Assembly: GCA_964531975.1 (NCBI GenBank)
Contig: CAZHFU010000001.1
Span: 139,177 to 203,176 of the forward strand
Direction of reading: 5' to 3'
Origin: an uncultured Anaerolinea sp.
Lineage (GTDB): Bacteria > Chloroflexota > Anaerolineae > Anaerolineales > UBA4823
Length of the DNA stretch: 64,000 bases
This document shows positions 19,736 through 28,845 of this stretch, one piece after another; position 1 is the stretch's first letter, and each line of letters opens with the position of its first letter. The notes beneath the pieces were generated by a model. That model ran no database searches. It saw only the letters and a program-made list of their open reading frames with translations, and had not been told where the DNA came from. Made by a program: the position numbers and the translations under genes.

Positions 19736-20463
19736 TTCAAGTCACAAATCTACATAAATCTTTCGGCTCAATCCAGGCGCTAAAAGGAGTTACCTTCCGC
19801 GCTGAAAACGGACAAATTACCGGTTTGCTAGGTCCAAACGGAGCAGGCAAGACCACCTGTCTGCGCATTCTTTACACGTTGCTCAAGCCAGACCAGGGCG
19901 AAGCCGCCATCGACGGGTTCAGCACCGTGGAACAGCCCCTTGAAGTGCAGCGGCGGCTAGGTGCATTGCCCGACGCGCATGGGCTGTATCCACGCCTGAC
20001 CGCGCGCGAGAACATCCGCTATTATGGGCGGCTGCACGGCCTGGCGGGCGCACAGCTTGAACAAGCCATTGACCGCCTGCTAGATAACCTGGATATGCGC
20101 GATATCGAACATCGTCGCACCGAAGGCTTTTCATCGGGGCAGCGCGTCAAGGTTGCCATCGCCCGCGCCCTGGTTCATCAGCCGCCCAATGTGATGCTGG
20201 ATGAACCTACTAATGGCCTGGATGTCATGAGTACGCGCGCCATGCGAACCTTCATCCTTAACTTGCGCGATCAAGGCAAGTGCGTGTTGTTTTCGAGCCA
20301 TGTCATGCAAGAAGTTACCGCTTTGTGCGATCACATCATTATTATTAACAAGGGTCTGGTAGTGGCCGCAGGCACACCGCAGGCCATTCTTGCCAACACC
20401 CATAAAGGCAACCTGGAAGACGCCTTCGTAGCCGCGATCGGCAGCGAGGAAGGGTTAGAATGA
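19732..20463 (+). CDS. ABC transporter ATP-binding protein (NatA-like)
   Basis: Walker A GPNGAGKTT, signature SSGQRVKV, Walker B VMLDEPT. ATGA overlap with the upstream gene. Confidence 0.85.
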   Translation: MIQVTNLHKSFGSIQALKGVTFRAENGQITGLLGPNGAGKTTCLRILYTLLKPDQGEAAIDGFSTVEQPLEVQRRLGALPDAHGLYPRLTARENIRYYGRLHGLAGAQLEQAIDRLLDNLDMRDIEHRRTEGFSSGQRVKVAIARALVHQPPNVMLDEPTNGLDVMSTRAMRTFILNLRDQGKCVLFSSHVMQEVTALCDHIIIINKGLVVAAGTPQAILANTHKGNLEDAFVAAIGSEEGLE

Positions 20464-21647
20464 ACCTGAAACGTGTAGGCATTATTGCCGCCAAAGAAAT
20501 CAAAGATAATCTACGCGATCGGCGCTCCATTCTAAGTTCGATGGGCAGCGTGGTGATTGGCCCAGCCATCACCCTCCTGTTAATTGTCGTCTTGGGCAAA
20601 ACCCTTTTCTCCGATACCACCGAGTCGCCTCTCCGCATTCCCGTAGCGGGGGCGGAAAAAGCGCCTGTATTGATGGAGTTTCTGAAACAAAATAACGCCC
20701 TGATCGTAGCTGCGCCAGCCGATCCCAAGGAGGCCGTGCGCCAGGGCGCCGAGAAACTGGTCTTGATTGTCACCGACGATTACAGCGAAGATTTCAGCGC
20801 CGGAAGGCCCGCCCAACTGCAGATGGTATTAGATACAAGCCGGCAATCGGCTATGATGGATGTTGAGCGCACCCGCAACCTGATCTCAACTTATAGTCAA
20901 CAGCTCGCCGCCATGCGCCTTATGGTGCGCGGGGTTAGTCCGGTGCTGCTCTCGCCTCTTCAGACCGAGCGTGTAGACGTAGCCACACCCCAAACCCAGG
21001 CGCTGCTGTTTCTGAACATGATGCCCTACTTCGTGGTGCTGGTGGTATTCACCGGCGGCATGTATGTAATTCTCGACTCGACTGCCGGCGAACGTGAGCG
21101 CGGCTCCTTAGAACCGCTGCTAATTAACCCCGCCACGCGCGGCGATTTTGTCCTAGGGAAGTTAGTCGCCTCGCTGCCTTTTGCCACCGCTGCGGTGGCG
21201 TTAAACTTGTTGGCGTTCGCCATGGCGTTCAACCTCTTCCCCATAGAAGATTATATCGGCTTCTCGATGCGCTTGAATGTGAAGGCGCTCTTTTCTATCT
21301 TCCTGCTGGCGTTCCCAATGATCTTGCTCGCCTCGGCCGTCCAAATGATCATAGCTTCCTTCGCCCGCAGCTTCAAAGAGGCCCAAACCTACACCTCCTT
21401 TTTACCGCTTGTGCCGGCCATCCCCGGCATGGTGTTGGCCTTTCTGCCCGTTAAAGCCAATGTGGGCCTCATGCTCATCCCTACATTTGGGCAGCAGATT
21501 ATTATCAATCAACTGATGCGGAGTGAGCCGATTGACCCTACCATGGTGATGGTTTCATCGGTTACCACCCTCGTATTGGCATTTGGCTTATTCATCTTGG
21601 CTGTGCGGCTGTATAACCGAGAACGCATCATCCTGGGAGGCAAATAG
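20460..21647 (+). CDS. ABC-2 family permease (NatB-like)
   Basis: 395 aa. N-terminal TM helix, large loop and C-terminal TM bundle. 4-nt overlap with the ATPase gene. Confidence 0.8.
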   Translation: MNLKRVGIIAAKEIKDNLRDRRSILSSMGSVVIGPAITLLLIVVLGKTLFSDTTESPLRIPVAGAEKAPVLMEFLKQNNALIVAAPADPKEAVRQGAEKLVLIVTDDYSEDFSAGRPAQLQMVLDTSRQSAMMDVERTRNLISTYSQQLAAMRLMVRGVSPVLLSPLQTERVDVATPQTQALLFLNMMPYFVVLVVFTGGMYVILDSTAGERERGSLEPLLINPATRGDFVLGKLVASLPFATAAVALNLLAFAMAFNLFPIEDYIGFSMRLNVKALFSIFLLAFPMILLASAVQMIIASFARSFKEAQTYTSFLPLVPAIPGMVLAFLPVKANVGLMLIPTFGQQIIINQLMRSEPIDPTMVMVSSVTTLVLAFGLFILAVRLYNRERIILGGK

Positions 21648-21648
21648 C

Positions 21649-21879
21649 ATGGTCGATAAAGCCCAGCTTGCCCAACACGATAACGAATCGGACAGCATGT
21701 ACATCGCCTACCACGGCGTAGTCTATGATGTCAGCGCCTGTCCCCACTGGCGGAGCGGCCTGCACCAGGACCAGCACTTTCCGGGGCAGGATCTGAGCGG
21801 CGAGCTGGGCAACGCTCCCCATGGCGAAGAAGTTTTTCGCCATCCAACGATCGTGGTTGTTGGAAAACTAGAGCCGTAA
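21649..21879 (+). CDS. Small cytochrome b5-like heme/steroid-binding domain protein
   Basis: Start at ATG 21649, 1 nt after the natB-like stop. Pattern YHGVVYDVS..W..G.H...H.PGQDLS...PH typical of short bacterial cyt-b5-like proteins. Confidence 0.6.
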   Translation: MVDKAQLAQHDNESDSMYIAYHGVVYDVSACPHWRSGLHQDQHFPGQDLSGELGNAPHGEEVFRHPTIVVVGKLEP

Positions 21880-21923
21880 CTTCACCTTGCTCGCGATCTG
21901 GTTGGGCAAATGCGCCTGTTGGC

Positions 21924-21964
21924 GTCGAGGCGTCCTGAAATACAGGACGCCTCGACACTTTTAT
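21924..21964 (+). terminator. Rho-independent terminator
   Basis: 14-bp perfect stem gtcgaggcgtcctg / caggacgcctcgac with loop aaata, followed by acTTTTatc. Confidence 0.75.
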
Positions 21965-21995
21965 CATGAAAGCCTCCAGCAACTTGTACAATTCC

Positions 21996-22024
21996 TTGAC
22001 AATTTATATACAAGGGGCTATAAT
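21996..22024 (+). promoter_or_regulatory. Consensus sigma70-type promoter
   Basis: TTGACA (21996-22001), a 17-nt spacer, then TATAAT (22019-22024). An AGGAG SD lies 9 nt before the ATG at 22049. Confidence 0.7.
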
Positions 22025-22048
22025 ACCATCTATCAGGAGTAATAATCT

Positions 22049-23206
22049 ATGGGCATTTACCTGGCATTTAAAGAAGTGTGGCGTAACCGAGGCAAGTTTT
22101 TCTTGTTCTCTCTGGTCATTACATTAATCACCACCCTGGTGTTATTCATCGCCGCTCTTTCCGAAGGGTTGGCTTTAGCCAATAAAGAATATCTAGAAAA
22201 ACTAAACGCCGAGCTTCTTGTATTTCAAAAAAATACCCAACTCTCCACCACATCAAGCCGGTTGGATTTTTCTATCCTGAACAACATCGCGCGTGTTGAA
22301 GGAGTTGAAGCCGAGGGGCCAATTGGGTTTAGCAACGGCGCGCTGGTGTTTGGCGGGGAGCAAGAGGATCTCGATGTGTCGCTGATTGGCATCGAAGCCG
22401 GCAAACCTGGCGCGCCTCCGGTGCTATCGGGCCAAAACATCATCATCGACCGAGGCTTTGATGTGGTGGTTGACCAAAACGTGATTGATCGCACCGGCGT
22501 CAAGTTAGGCGATACCATCCGGCTGAAGACCATCCAGGGAACCAAAGACGAATTCTACACCCTGCGGATCATTGGCATCACCGACCGCCGCCAATACCTG
22601 TTTCAGCCATCCATCTTCTTGCCTTACCGCACGTGGGATCAGGTGCGGCCGCAAGGCGGTCAACAAGGCGGTCAGTTGATGACTGCCACATCGAATGTAA
22701 TCGCCGTCAAGATCAAGCCCGGCTACACCATGGAAGATGTCGCTGCCCGCATCACCGCCAACGTGCGCGATGTAGAAGTGGCTGACGTGGTGACCACCTA
22801 CGAGAATTTGCCCGGCTTCTCAGCCCAACAGAGCACCCTCAACACACAGCGCGGCTTCACTTTGCTGATTGGCCTGTTGGTCATCGGGGGCTTCTTCCAA
22901 ATCCAAATGCTGCAAAAGGTACCTCAGATCGGGGTGCTCAAAGCCATTGGCGCGTCTAACCGCACTGTTGCCGTGGCCGTGGTGGCGCAAATCATCCTCG
23001 TCACCACCTTCGGCGTACTGCTAGGCAGCCTCATCAGCCTGGGTTTAGCCCTGGGCATTCCCAGCAGCGTGCCCATTGTCTTTAACGGTACGTCCGTCGC
23101 CATCGCCGTTCTTACTCTGTTAGCCATCGGCCCTATCGGAGGGCTGGTATCAGTGCGGCTGGCTGTCACTGTCGAACCGCTTATCGCCTTAGGGCTTTCT
23201 AACTAA
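22049..23206 (+). CDS. FtsX/MacB-type ABC transporter permease
   Basis: 385 aa. TM1, a large extracytoplasmic domain and three C-terminal TM helices. Confidence 0.85.
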   Translation: MGIYLAFKEVWRNRGKFFLFSLVITLITTLVLFIAALSEGLALANKEYLEKLNAELLVFQKNTQLSTTSSRLDFSILNNIARVEGVEAEGPIGFSNGALVFGGEQEDLDVSLIGIEAGKPGAPPVLSGQNIIIDRGFDVVVDQNVIDRTGVKLGDTIRLKTIQGTKDEFYTLRIIGITDRRQYLFQPSIFLPYRTWDQVRPQGGQQGGQLMTATSNVIAVKIKPGYTMEDVAARITANVRDVEVADVVTTYENLPGFSAQQSTLNTQRGFTLLIGLLVIGGFFQIQMLQKVPQIGVLKAIGASNRTVAVAVVAQIILVTTFGVLLGSLISLGLALGIPSSVPIVFNGTSVAIAVLTLLAIGPIGGLVSVRLAVTVEPLIALGLSN

Positions 23207-23216
23207 CGAGGCAAAC

Positions 23217-23936
23217 ATGAGCTATATTATCGAAACCCAGAACGTCGTCAAGGAATACCGCTCGAACAACACTAAGGTCTTAGCGGTTAACAACGTATCT
23301 TTTAACGTTGCGCCAGGTGAATTTGTAGGGTTGGTGGGACCCAGCGGGTCGGGCAAGACCACCATGTTAGCCATCCTGGCGGCGCTGCTCGAACCCACTG
23401 AAGGTAGTGTGTGCATTGACGGTGAAGACATTGGCAGAATGAAAGAGGACGACCGCGTAAAGTTCCGCCGGCAGCGCATTGGCTTCACCTTCCAATCCAA
23501 CAACCTCGTCCCCTATCTGACGGTGCTCGAGAATGTGGAGATGATGCTGCGCCTGAACCAGCGCTACGACAAAGCCGGGCGAGCACGCGCGCGCATGCTG
23601 CTTGAGCGCCTGGGTTTGGAAGAACGCTTTAACAGCCTGCCCAGCCAACTATCGGGCGGCCAACGTCAACGCGTCGCCATCGCCCGCTCGCTTATTCATG
23701 AACCCAGCGTTATCTTAGCCGACGAACCAACCGCCAGCCTGGACACCGAGCGCGCCACCCAGGTGACGAAAAACTATGCAGATTTGATCCATGAAGGCCG
23801 CAAAGCCGGCATCATGGTTACACACGACCTGCGCATGTGTAAATTCGTGGATAAAATTGTGCAAATTGAAGACGGACAGATCAGCTCTGTGTTGGATACA
23901 CCGCAAGCAATCTCAGCGTTGATTGATTGCAATTAA
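23217..23936 (+). CDS. ABC transporter ATP-binding protein (MacB/LolD-like)
   Basis: Walker A GPSGSGKTT, signature LSGGQRQRVAIAR, Walker B ILADEPT. Confidence 0.9.
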   Translation: MSYIIETQNVVKEYRSNNTKVLAVNNVSFNVAPGEFVGLVGPSGSGKTTMLAILAALLEPTEGSVCIDGEDIGRMKEDDRVKFRRQRIGFTFQSNNLVPYLTVLENVEMMLRLNQRYDKAGRARARMLLERLGLEERFNSLPSQLSGGQRQRVAIARSLIHEPSVILADEPTASLDTERATQVTKNYADLIHEGRKAGIMVTHDLRMCKFVDKIVQIEDGQISSVLDTPQAISALIDCN

Positions 23937-24069
23937 CCCCGGCAGGGTGAGAGGCAGGTAATTAAGGCAGCAGCCCGGCTCCGCTTGCCATTCGAAGTGC
24001 GACCAGGCTTAAACCCGCGCTTAATCAAAACAATGATAACCCCTAACAGAGTTGGGGGAAAAGCCGGAA

Positions 24070-24075
24070 TATAAT
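24070..24075 (+). promoter_or_regulatory. Candidate -10 box (TATAAT) 6 nt upstream of the GTG at 24082
   Basis: TATAAT at 24070-24075 and GTG at 24082 directly precede a canonical signal peptide. No SD. Confidence 0.3.
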
Positions 24076-24081
24076 AGCAGC

Positions 24082-25515
24082 GTGCCTTTCCAAAAATTAA
24101 TCCACAAATTAACCCTGGCAGCCGTGCCGGCGGTTTTGCTAAGCATGGTGACGCTAAGCGCGATATTCCCGCACCCCGCACTGGCCGCCCCGTCGCGCAG
24201 CGTATCCGCCTACGACCTGATCGCGGCGATGAACGCCCTGCGAGCCTCCTATGGGCTGCCGGCGCTGATTGAGGACGCCATCATCGACGCCGTGGCGCAA
24301 TCCACCGCCCAAACCATGGCCAATAACAGCATGTCATCCCATATTGGTAACGTGGCAGGGCGCTTACAAGCGGCCGGCTATGGTGGGGGAGCGCACGTGT
24401 ACGGCACAGAAAATTTCGCCACCGGGAACATGGGCATCGATGAGATCATGTTGGTTTGGTCGGACGAAGCGCACATGATCCCGGCAGTCAATCCGGCCTA
24501 CTGCCATGTGGGGGCCGGGGTAGCCACTGCCAATGGACGCACCTACTACATCCTCCAAGCGGCTTACACCTCATCCAACGCTTGCGGCGCTTACGGCTCG
24601 GTGGCAGGCGGCGCAGCCGCCGGCTCAGCTGCTGGCAGCGGCGGAGTGGGCGTGCCGCAGCTCATCGTACCAGTAAAGGTGGCCGACCCCGACGGAAAAG
24701 GGCAAATCATCCACGAGGTGCAAGCCGGGCAGTCGCTATGGGCGATTGCTATCGCCTACAAAGTCACCATCCAAGATATTGAAACCTGGAACAACATCAG
24801 CCGCGAATATGGGCTAAAGGTGGGGCAGAAGCTTTTTATCCCTGGAGAAAACACCGCTGGCTATGCCACCCCCACCCCCGTGGGCATGGTGGTGGTGAAT
24901 GATGCCGGCGCCGACGGGAAGATTATCCACGCGGTTCAGCCTTATCAAACCCTGATTACCATCGCCCAGGCATACCACGTGAGCGTAGACACCCTGCTGG
25001 CCCAGAACGGCTGGCAGAAGGATTGGCCGCTGCAAATCGGGCAAAAACTCTTCATTGGCAGCAGCACAGGGATAAAAGGCTCGGCGCAGGGCGAGGCTGC
25101 GCTCTCGCCCATTCAGCAGCTTACACCGGCGGATGATGGGCGCTACTATCACCGCGTGAAGAGTGGAGAGACGCTTTCGAGTATTGCCGACCAATATCAA
25201 TCGAAGGTTCAGGATTTAATGGCCTGGAACGGACTAGACGGCGCTTCCATTTTATACCCAGATCAGAAGCTGGTTCTGCAAGTCACGCCGCCGGCCACGC
25301 CAACGCTTCCTCCCACCCCCACTCACACCGCAGCACCCCCGGCCCAGGCGGCCGGGCTGGCACAGGCCCTAACAAGCGTCACGCCGCCCGACAGCGCAGT
25401 TCCACAAGCCGCCGCCAAGGCGATGAACGGCGAGGCGATCTTTAAGATCGTGGTGCTGCTAATGATCGTGGGCGGGGCGGCGCTGACCGTTATGTCTATG
25501 CGCAAGCGAGCGTAA
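24082..25515 (+). CDS. Secreted CAP/SCP-domain protein with three LysM repeats and a C-terminal TM anchor
   Basis: The ORF is open from TTG 24052. GTG 24082 gives the signal peptide VPFQKLIHKLTLAAVPAVLL..ALA-AP. It has a CAP-like N-domain, three LysM repeats (IHEVQAGQSLWAIAIAY.., IHAVQPYQTLITIAQAY.., YHRVKSGETLSSIADQY..), a P/T/A-rich linker and a TM helix plus RKRA tail. Confidence 0.8.
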   Translation: MPFQKLIHKLTLAAVPAVLLSMVTLSAIFPHPALAAPSRSVSAYDLIAAMNALRASYGLPALIEDAIIDAVAQSTAQTMANNSMSSHIGNVAGRLQAAGYGGGAHVYGTENFATGNMGIDEIMLVWSDEAHMIPAVNPAYCHVGAGVATANGRTYYILQAAYTSSNACGAYGSVAGGAAAGSAAGSGGVGVPQLIVPVKVADPDGKGQIIHEVQAGQSLWAIAIAYKVTIQDIETWNNISREYGLKVGQKLFIPGENTAGYATPTPVGMVVVNDAGADGKIIHAVQPYQTLITIAQAYHVSVDTLLAQNGWQKDWPLQIGQKLFIGSSTGIKGSAQGEAALSPIQQLTPADDGRYYHRVKSGETLSSIADQYQSKVQDLMAWNGLDGASILYPDQKLVLQVTPPATPTLPPTPTHTAAPPAQAAGLAQALTSVTPPDSAVPQAAAKAMNGEAIFKIVVLLMIVGGAALTVMSMRKRA

Positions 25516-25544
25516 ACTTCCGGTGCGCTTTAGTTTGCAAATTT

Positions 25545-25579
25545 AAATTGCCGCAGCCGACAATTGGCCGCGGCAATTT
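25545..25579. terminator. Hairpin between convergent genes (possible bidirectional terminator)
   Basis: 10-bp stem aaattgccgc / gcggcaattt with a partly paired loop, flanked by A/T runs on both sides. Confidence 0.45.
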
Positions 25580-25595
25580 CTGTCATCAATCCAAA

Positions 25596-26762
25596 TTATT
25601 TCTTGTCGAGATATTTCAAACCCGTACCGGTATTGAACAGCACCACCGTCTCATCTGGTTCGATCCAACCCTCATGTAACAGACGCTGTGTCGCCGCCAG
25701 CGTGGCGGCCCCTTCCGGTGCGGCGAAAATACCTTCCTGAGCCGCCAGGAGCGCCTGGGCGTAGATGATCTCGCTGTCCGAAACAGCCACCGCAGTGCCA
25801 CAACTTTCACGAATATCGTGCAAGATGATCTGATCGGCGAAACTTTTTGGCACACGTAACCCCGAAGCGATGGTCTGCGCTCCCACCCAATAATCGCAGA
25901 ACAAGGCGTTATTATCAAAGGCCCGAATGACCGGCGCGCAGCCTTCGGCTTGCACCGCAACCATGCGCGGGCGGGCGGTTGTCTCTAGCCAGCCCATTTC
26001 AGCCATTTCTTTGAACGCTTTCCACATACCTACCAGACCAGTGCCGCCGCCGGTGGGATAGACAATAACGTCCGGCAGTTTCCAGTGGAAATCTTCCGCC
26101 AGCTCGTAGCCCATCACCTTCTTGCCTTCACAGCGATATGGCTCTTTGAACGTCGAGACATCAAACCAACCCTCCAGGCGCGCACGCTCGCCTGCCATAC
26201 CGGCGGCCTCGCTAATTAGCCCGTCGATCAAAATGACCTGCGCCCCGGCAATCCGGCTCTCTTCTATGTTGGCGTAGGGGGTATCTTTAGGCATGTAAAT
26301 GCACGCCTCCAAGCCCGAGCGAGCGGCATAGGCCGCCATCGCGCCGCCGGCATTGCCGGCTGTAGGGATAATGACCCGCTTTACACCCAGCTCTTTGCCC
26401 TTAGACACCGCCGCAGATAGCCCGCGGGCTTTAAACGAACCAGTAGGATTCAGACTTTCGTCTTTCACCATCAGGTTAGTCATGCCTAAAGATTCGCCCA
26501 CGCGCGGCAGCCGCAGCAGCGGGGTATCTCCCTCGCCCAGGCTAATCATATTTTCGGGATCATGTACAGGTAACAGCTCATGCCACCGCCACATACTGCG
26601 TGGACGGCGGATAAACTCATCACGGTCGAGATGGCTGCGCGCCGTTTGCAAATCGTACACGGCCATCAGAGGCGCCTGGCAATCGGTGCAGTAGGTCTGA
26701 ATCACACCCGGGTTGTATGACTGACCGCACGCTGAACATTTCAGATCGATTAAGTATGACAT
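25596..26762 (-). CDS. Threonine-synthase-family PLP enzyme with an N-terminal zinc ribbon
   Basis: 388 aa. N-terminal CSAC..x..CTDC ribbon, PLP-lysine block GSFKARG and fold-type-II PLP blocks (TAGNAGGA, GGGTGL). Confidence 0.85.
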   Translation of the reverse strand: MSYLIDLKCSACGQSYNPGVIQTYCTDCQAPLMAVYDLQTARSHLDRDEFIRRPRSMWRWHELLPVHDPENMISLGEGDTPLLRLPRVGESLGMTNLMVKDESLNPTGSFKARGLSAAVSKGKELGVKRVIIPTAGNAGGAMAAYAARSGLEACIYMPKDTPYANIEESRIAGAQVILIDGLISEAAGMAGERARLEGWFDVSTFKEPYRCEGKKVMGYELAEDFHWKLPDVIVYPTGGGTGLVGMWKAFKEMAEMGWLETTARPRMVAVQAEGCAPVIRAFDNNALFCDYWVGAQTIASGLRVPKSFADQIILHDIRESCGTAVAVSDSEIIYAQALLAAQEGIFAAPEGAATLAATQRLLHEGWIEPDETVVLFNTGTGLKYLDKK

Positions 26763-26765
26763 GGG

Positions 26766-27146
26766 CTAACCGGCTTCCGCCAGGAAACCTTCGACCCTGG
26801 CCCACAACTCCCGGATATTGATGGGCTTAGACATATACACATCGCACCCGGCAGCTAACGCCTTCTCTGCATCGCCACGCAGCGCGTTGGCCGTCACCGC
26901 AATGATTGGCACATATACCAAACGGCGCTTCCCGCTGTTGCGCAGCCGACGAGCCACTTCATAGCCGTCGATATCGGGCAGGTTAATGTCCAAAAGGATT
27001 ACATCTGGGGCCATAGATTCCGCAATTTCAACGCCGCTCAATCCATCTTGCGCCCAGAGGAATTCATAACCGCGCGCTTCTAAGGCGCGCTTTACGAGGG
27101 TCATGTTATCCGAATTATCTTCTACATATAATATTTTATACGGCAT
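26766..27146 (-). CDS. Single-domain response regulator (CheY-like receiver)
   Basis: Start chosen at ATG 27146 (GGAGGA SD 8 nt upstream). Receiver residues are present: VEDN, LLDINLPDIDG, AVTAN, MSKP. Confidence 0.85.
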   Translation of the reverse strand: MPYKILYVEDNSDNMTLVKRALEARGYEFLWAQDGLSGVEIAESMAPDVILLDINLPDIDGYEVARRLRNSGKRRLVYVPIIAVTANALRGDAEKALAAGCDVYMSKPINIRELWARVEGFLAEAG

Positions 27147-28830
27147 GCGAGGCATCCTCCGGTTTTCTCGCCGCGTCTTCGTCGTTGCTTTGCGCGGCTC
27201 TTTGCTCCAACACCTCCACCACCTGGTCAACAAACACCTTAGGCGGCAAGGAACCTTTTTGGTAGATCGCTTCGATATTACCTTTCAAACGGGCGCGGTC
27301 GATAGCCGTCAGATCCTTGGCGCTCACCACTATGACCGGGATATCGCGCGTGTGACTATCATTCTTCAACGCCTGTAAAAAACCAAATCCATCCAGGTTG
27401 GGCATCATTAAATCGGTAATAATCAAATCCGGCCGTCGTTCACGGGCCAGGTTTAGCCCCTCCACCCCATCCGCAGCCTGAAAAACGCGGTAATTCTTGC
27501 GCGCTTCCAAAAACCGGCGCACAAGCAGGGCGTCATCGGGGTTATCATCCATAATAAGCACAGTCGTCGTCTTTTCGTCCAACCGTTCGAGGGCGGCTTG
27601 CAAACCATCGGTGCGCGCGGGCAACTTCCCCTCGGCAAGATTTATATCCACGCTCCATTGATCGCCCAACACGTGCTTCTCAACCGGGAAGGTGTGTCCG
27701 GTGCAGTTAACCACCACCAGTTCTTCCGGCGAAATCACGCCCGCGCTAATCATCTTGCTCAGCCCGGCGAAGGCCACCGCCGTAGCAGGTTCTACAGCTA
27801 AGCCCTCAATTTTTGCCAGATGACGCATGGCTTTGAAAGCGTCCGAATCTGAGACGCTTTCCATTGTACCACCATGCTTCTGCGCCAGCTTCCACAAGTA
27901 GGTATATATTTTACCTGGGTCGCCGGTGGAGAGGATGGCAATTAGGGTTTGTGGGTTCACCGGCGTGGCTGCACTCTCGCCCCGATGAAAAGCTTCCACC
28001 ATCGGGGCGCAACCTTCCACCTGCACAACGCCCATTTTAGGAATATGGTCAATCAACCCCATTTCCAGCAGCTCTTCAAAGCCATGATACACCCCAAGTG
28101 GGCCTAAGCCGCCGCTCACCGATTGGATATACCAATCGGGGCTGCGCCAACCCAATTGCTCCACAATTTCGTAGGCGATAGTTTTCATGGCTTCGCGCGC
28201 CGCCAGGCTGCCCGCCCCACGATCAAGCCATAGGCCACGACGATGGGCAAATTCAGAGGCGATGATCTTCGTCTCATCATACGTCCCGCTAACTTTGATG
28301 ACCTCCGCCCCATACAGAGCCACTTCACGCAGCTTCTCTTGCGGAACCATGCTGGTCATAAAGACCCACAACTTAATCCCCGCCCGAGCGCAGGCCGCGG
28401 CATATGCGACTGCAGCATTGCCCGTGCTTGCGATGACGGTTTCACCAATGCCGGCTTCTACCATCGCCGCTACCGAAACCGCAGCCTGGCGATCTTTAAA
28501 CGAACTCGTGGGGCCAAAACGCTCATCTTTGACATACACGTTTTCATGGCCCAGCTCGCCCGCAAAGCGGCGCGAACGATACATAGGTGTGCCGCCCACC
28601 GTCTCTAGATCGAGGCTGTGCGGGTCTATAATCGGCAAAATATCATGATAGCGCCAAATGTTAAAGGCGCGCCCCGGCAAACCCCGCAGCACTTCGCGTT
28701 TAAAGCCGGCATAATCGTAATGAGCATCTACCCAAGACGATCCGCAGGCTTCGCAAATCACAGGTGTTTGCGGCTGATAGCTTTGTTCGCGCCCGCATTC
28801 AACACAACGCAGAAAAATTGGTAGTGTAAT
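27136..28830 (-). CDS. Threonine-synthase-like PLP enzyme fused to a C-terminal receiver (REC) domain
   Basis: PLP-lysine block SSFKDRQA (Lys codon at 28495-28497) and TGNAAVA. The REC domain is at nt 27139-27570 (IMDDNPDD, IITDLMMPNLDG, VVSAK). The first canonical start is GTG 28761. A start at ATT 28830 is proposed because half of the zinc ribbon lies upstream (see findings). Confidence 0.75.
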   Translation of the reverse strand: MTLPIFLRCVECGREQSYQPQTPVICEACGSSWVDAHYDYAGFKREVLRGLPGRAFNIWRYHDILPIIDPHSLDLETVGGTPMYRSRRFAGELGHENVYVKDERFGPTSSFKDRQAAVSVAAMVEAGIGETVIASTGNAAVAYAAACARAGIKLWVFMTSMVPQEKLREVALYGAEVIKVSGTYDETKIIASEFAHRRGLWLDRGAGSLAAREAMKTIAYEIVEQLGWRSPDWYIQSVSGGLGPLGVYHGFEELLEMGLIDHIPKMGVVQVEGCAPMVEAFHRGESAATPVNPQTLIAILSTGDPGKIYTYLWKLAQKHGGTMESVSDSDAFKAMRHLAKIEGLAVEPATAVAFAGLSKMISAGVISPEELVVVNCTGHTFPVEKHVLGDQWSVDINLAEGKLPARTDGLQAALERLDEKTTTVLIMDDNPDDALLVRRFLEARKNYRVFQAADGVEGLNLARERRPDLIITDLMMPNLDGFGFLQALKNDSHTRDIPVIVVSAKDLTAIDRARLKGNIEAIYQKGSLPPKVFVDQVVEVLEQRAAQSNDEDAARKPEDASHAV

Positions 28831-28845
28831 AAAAGCCTCCCAGAA

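Noticed and set aside
25596-26762. Calling the unfused ThrC-like gene the housekeeping thrC.
   Set aside because: It shares a specialised zinc-ribbon N-terminus with the REC-fused paralog and sits at the end of the sensory operon. Without a genome-wide view the symbol would be over-confident.
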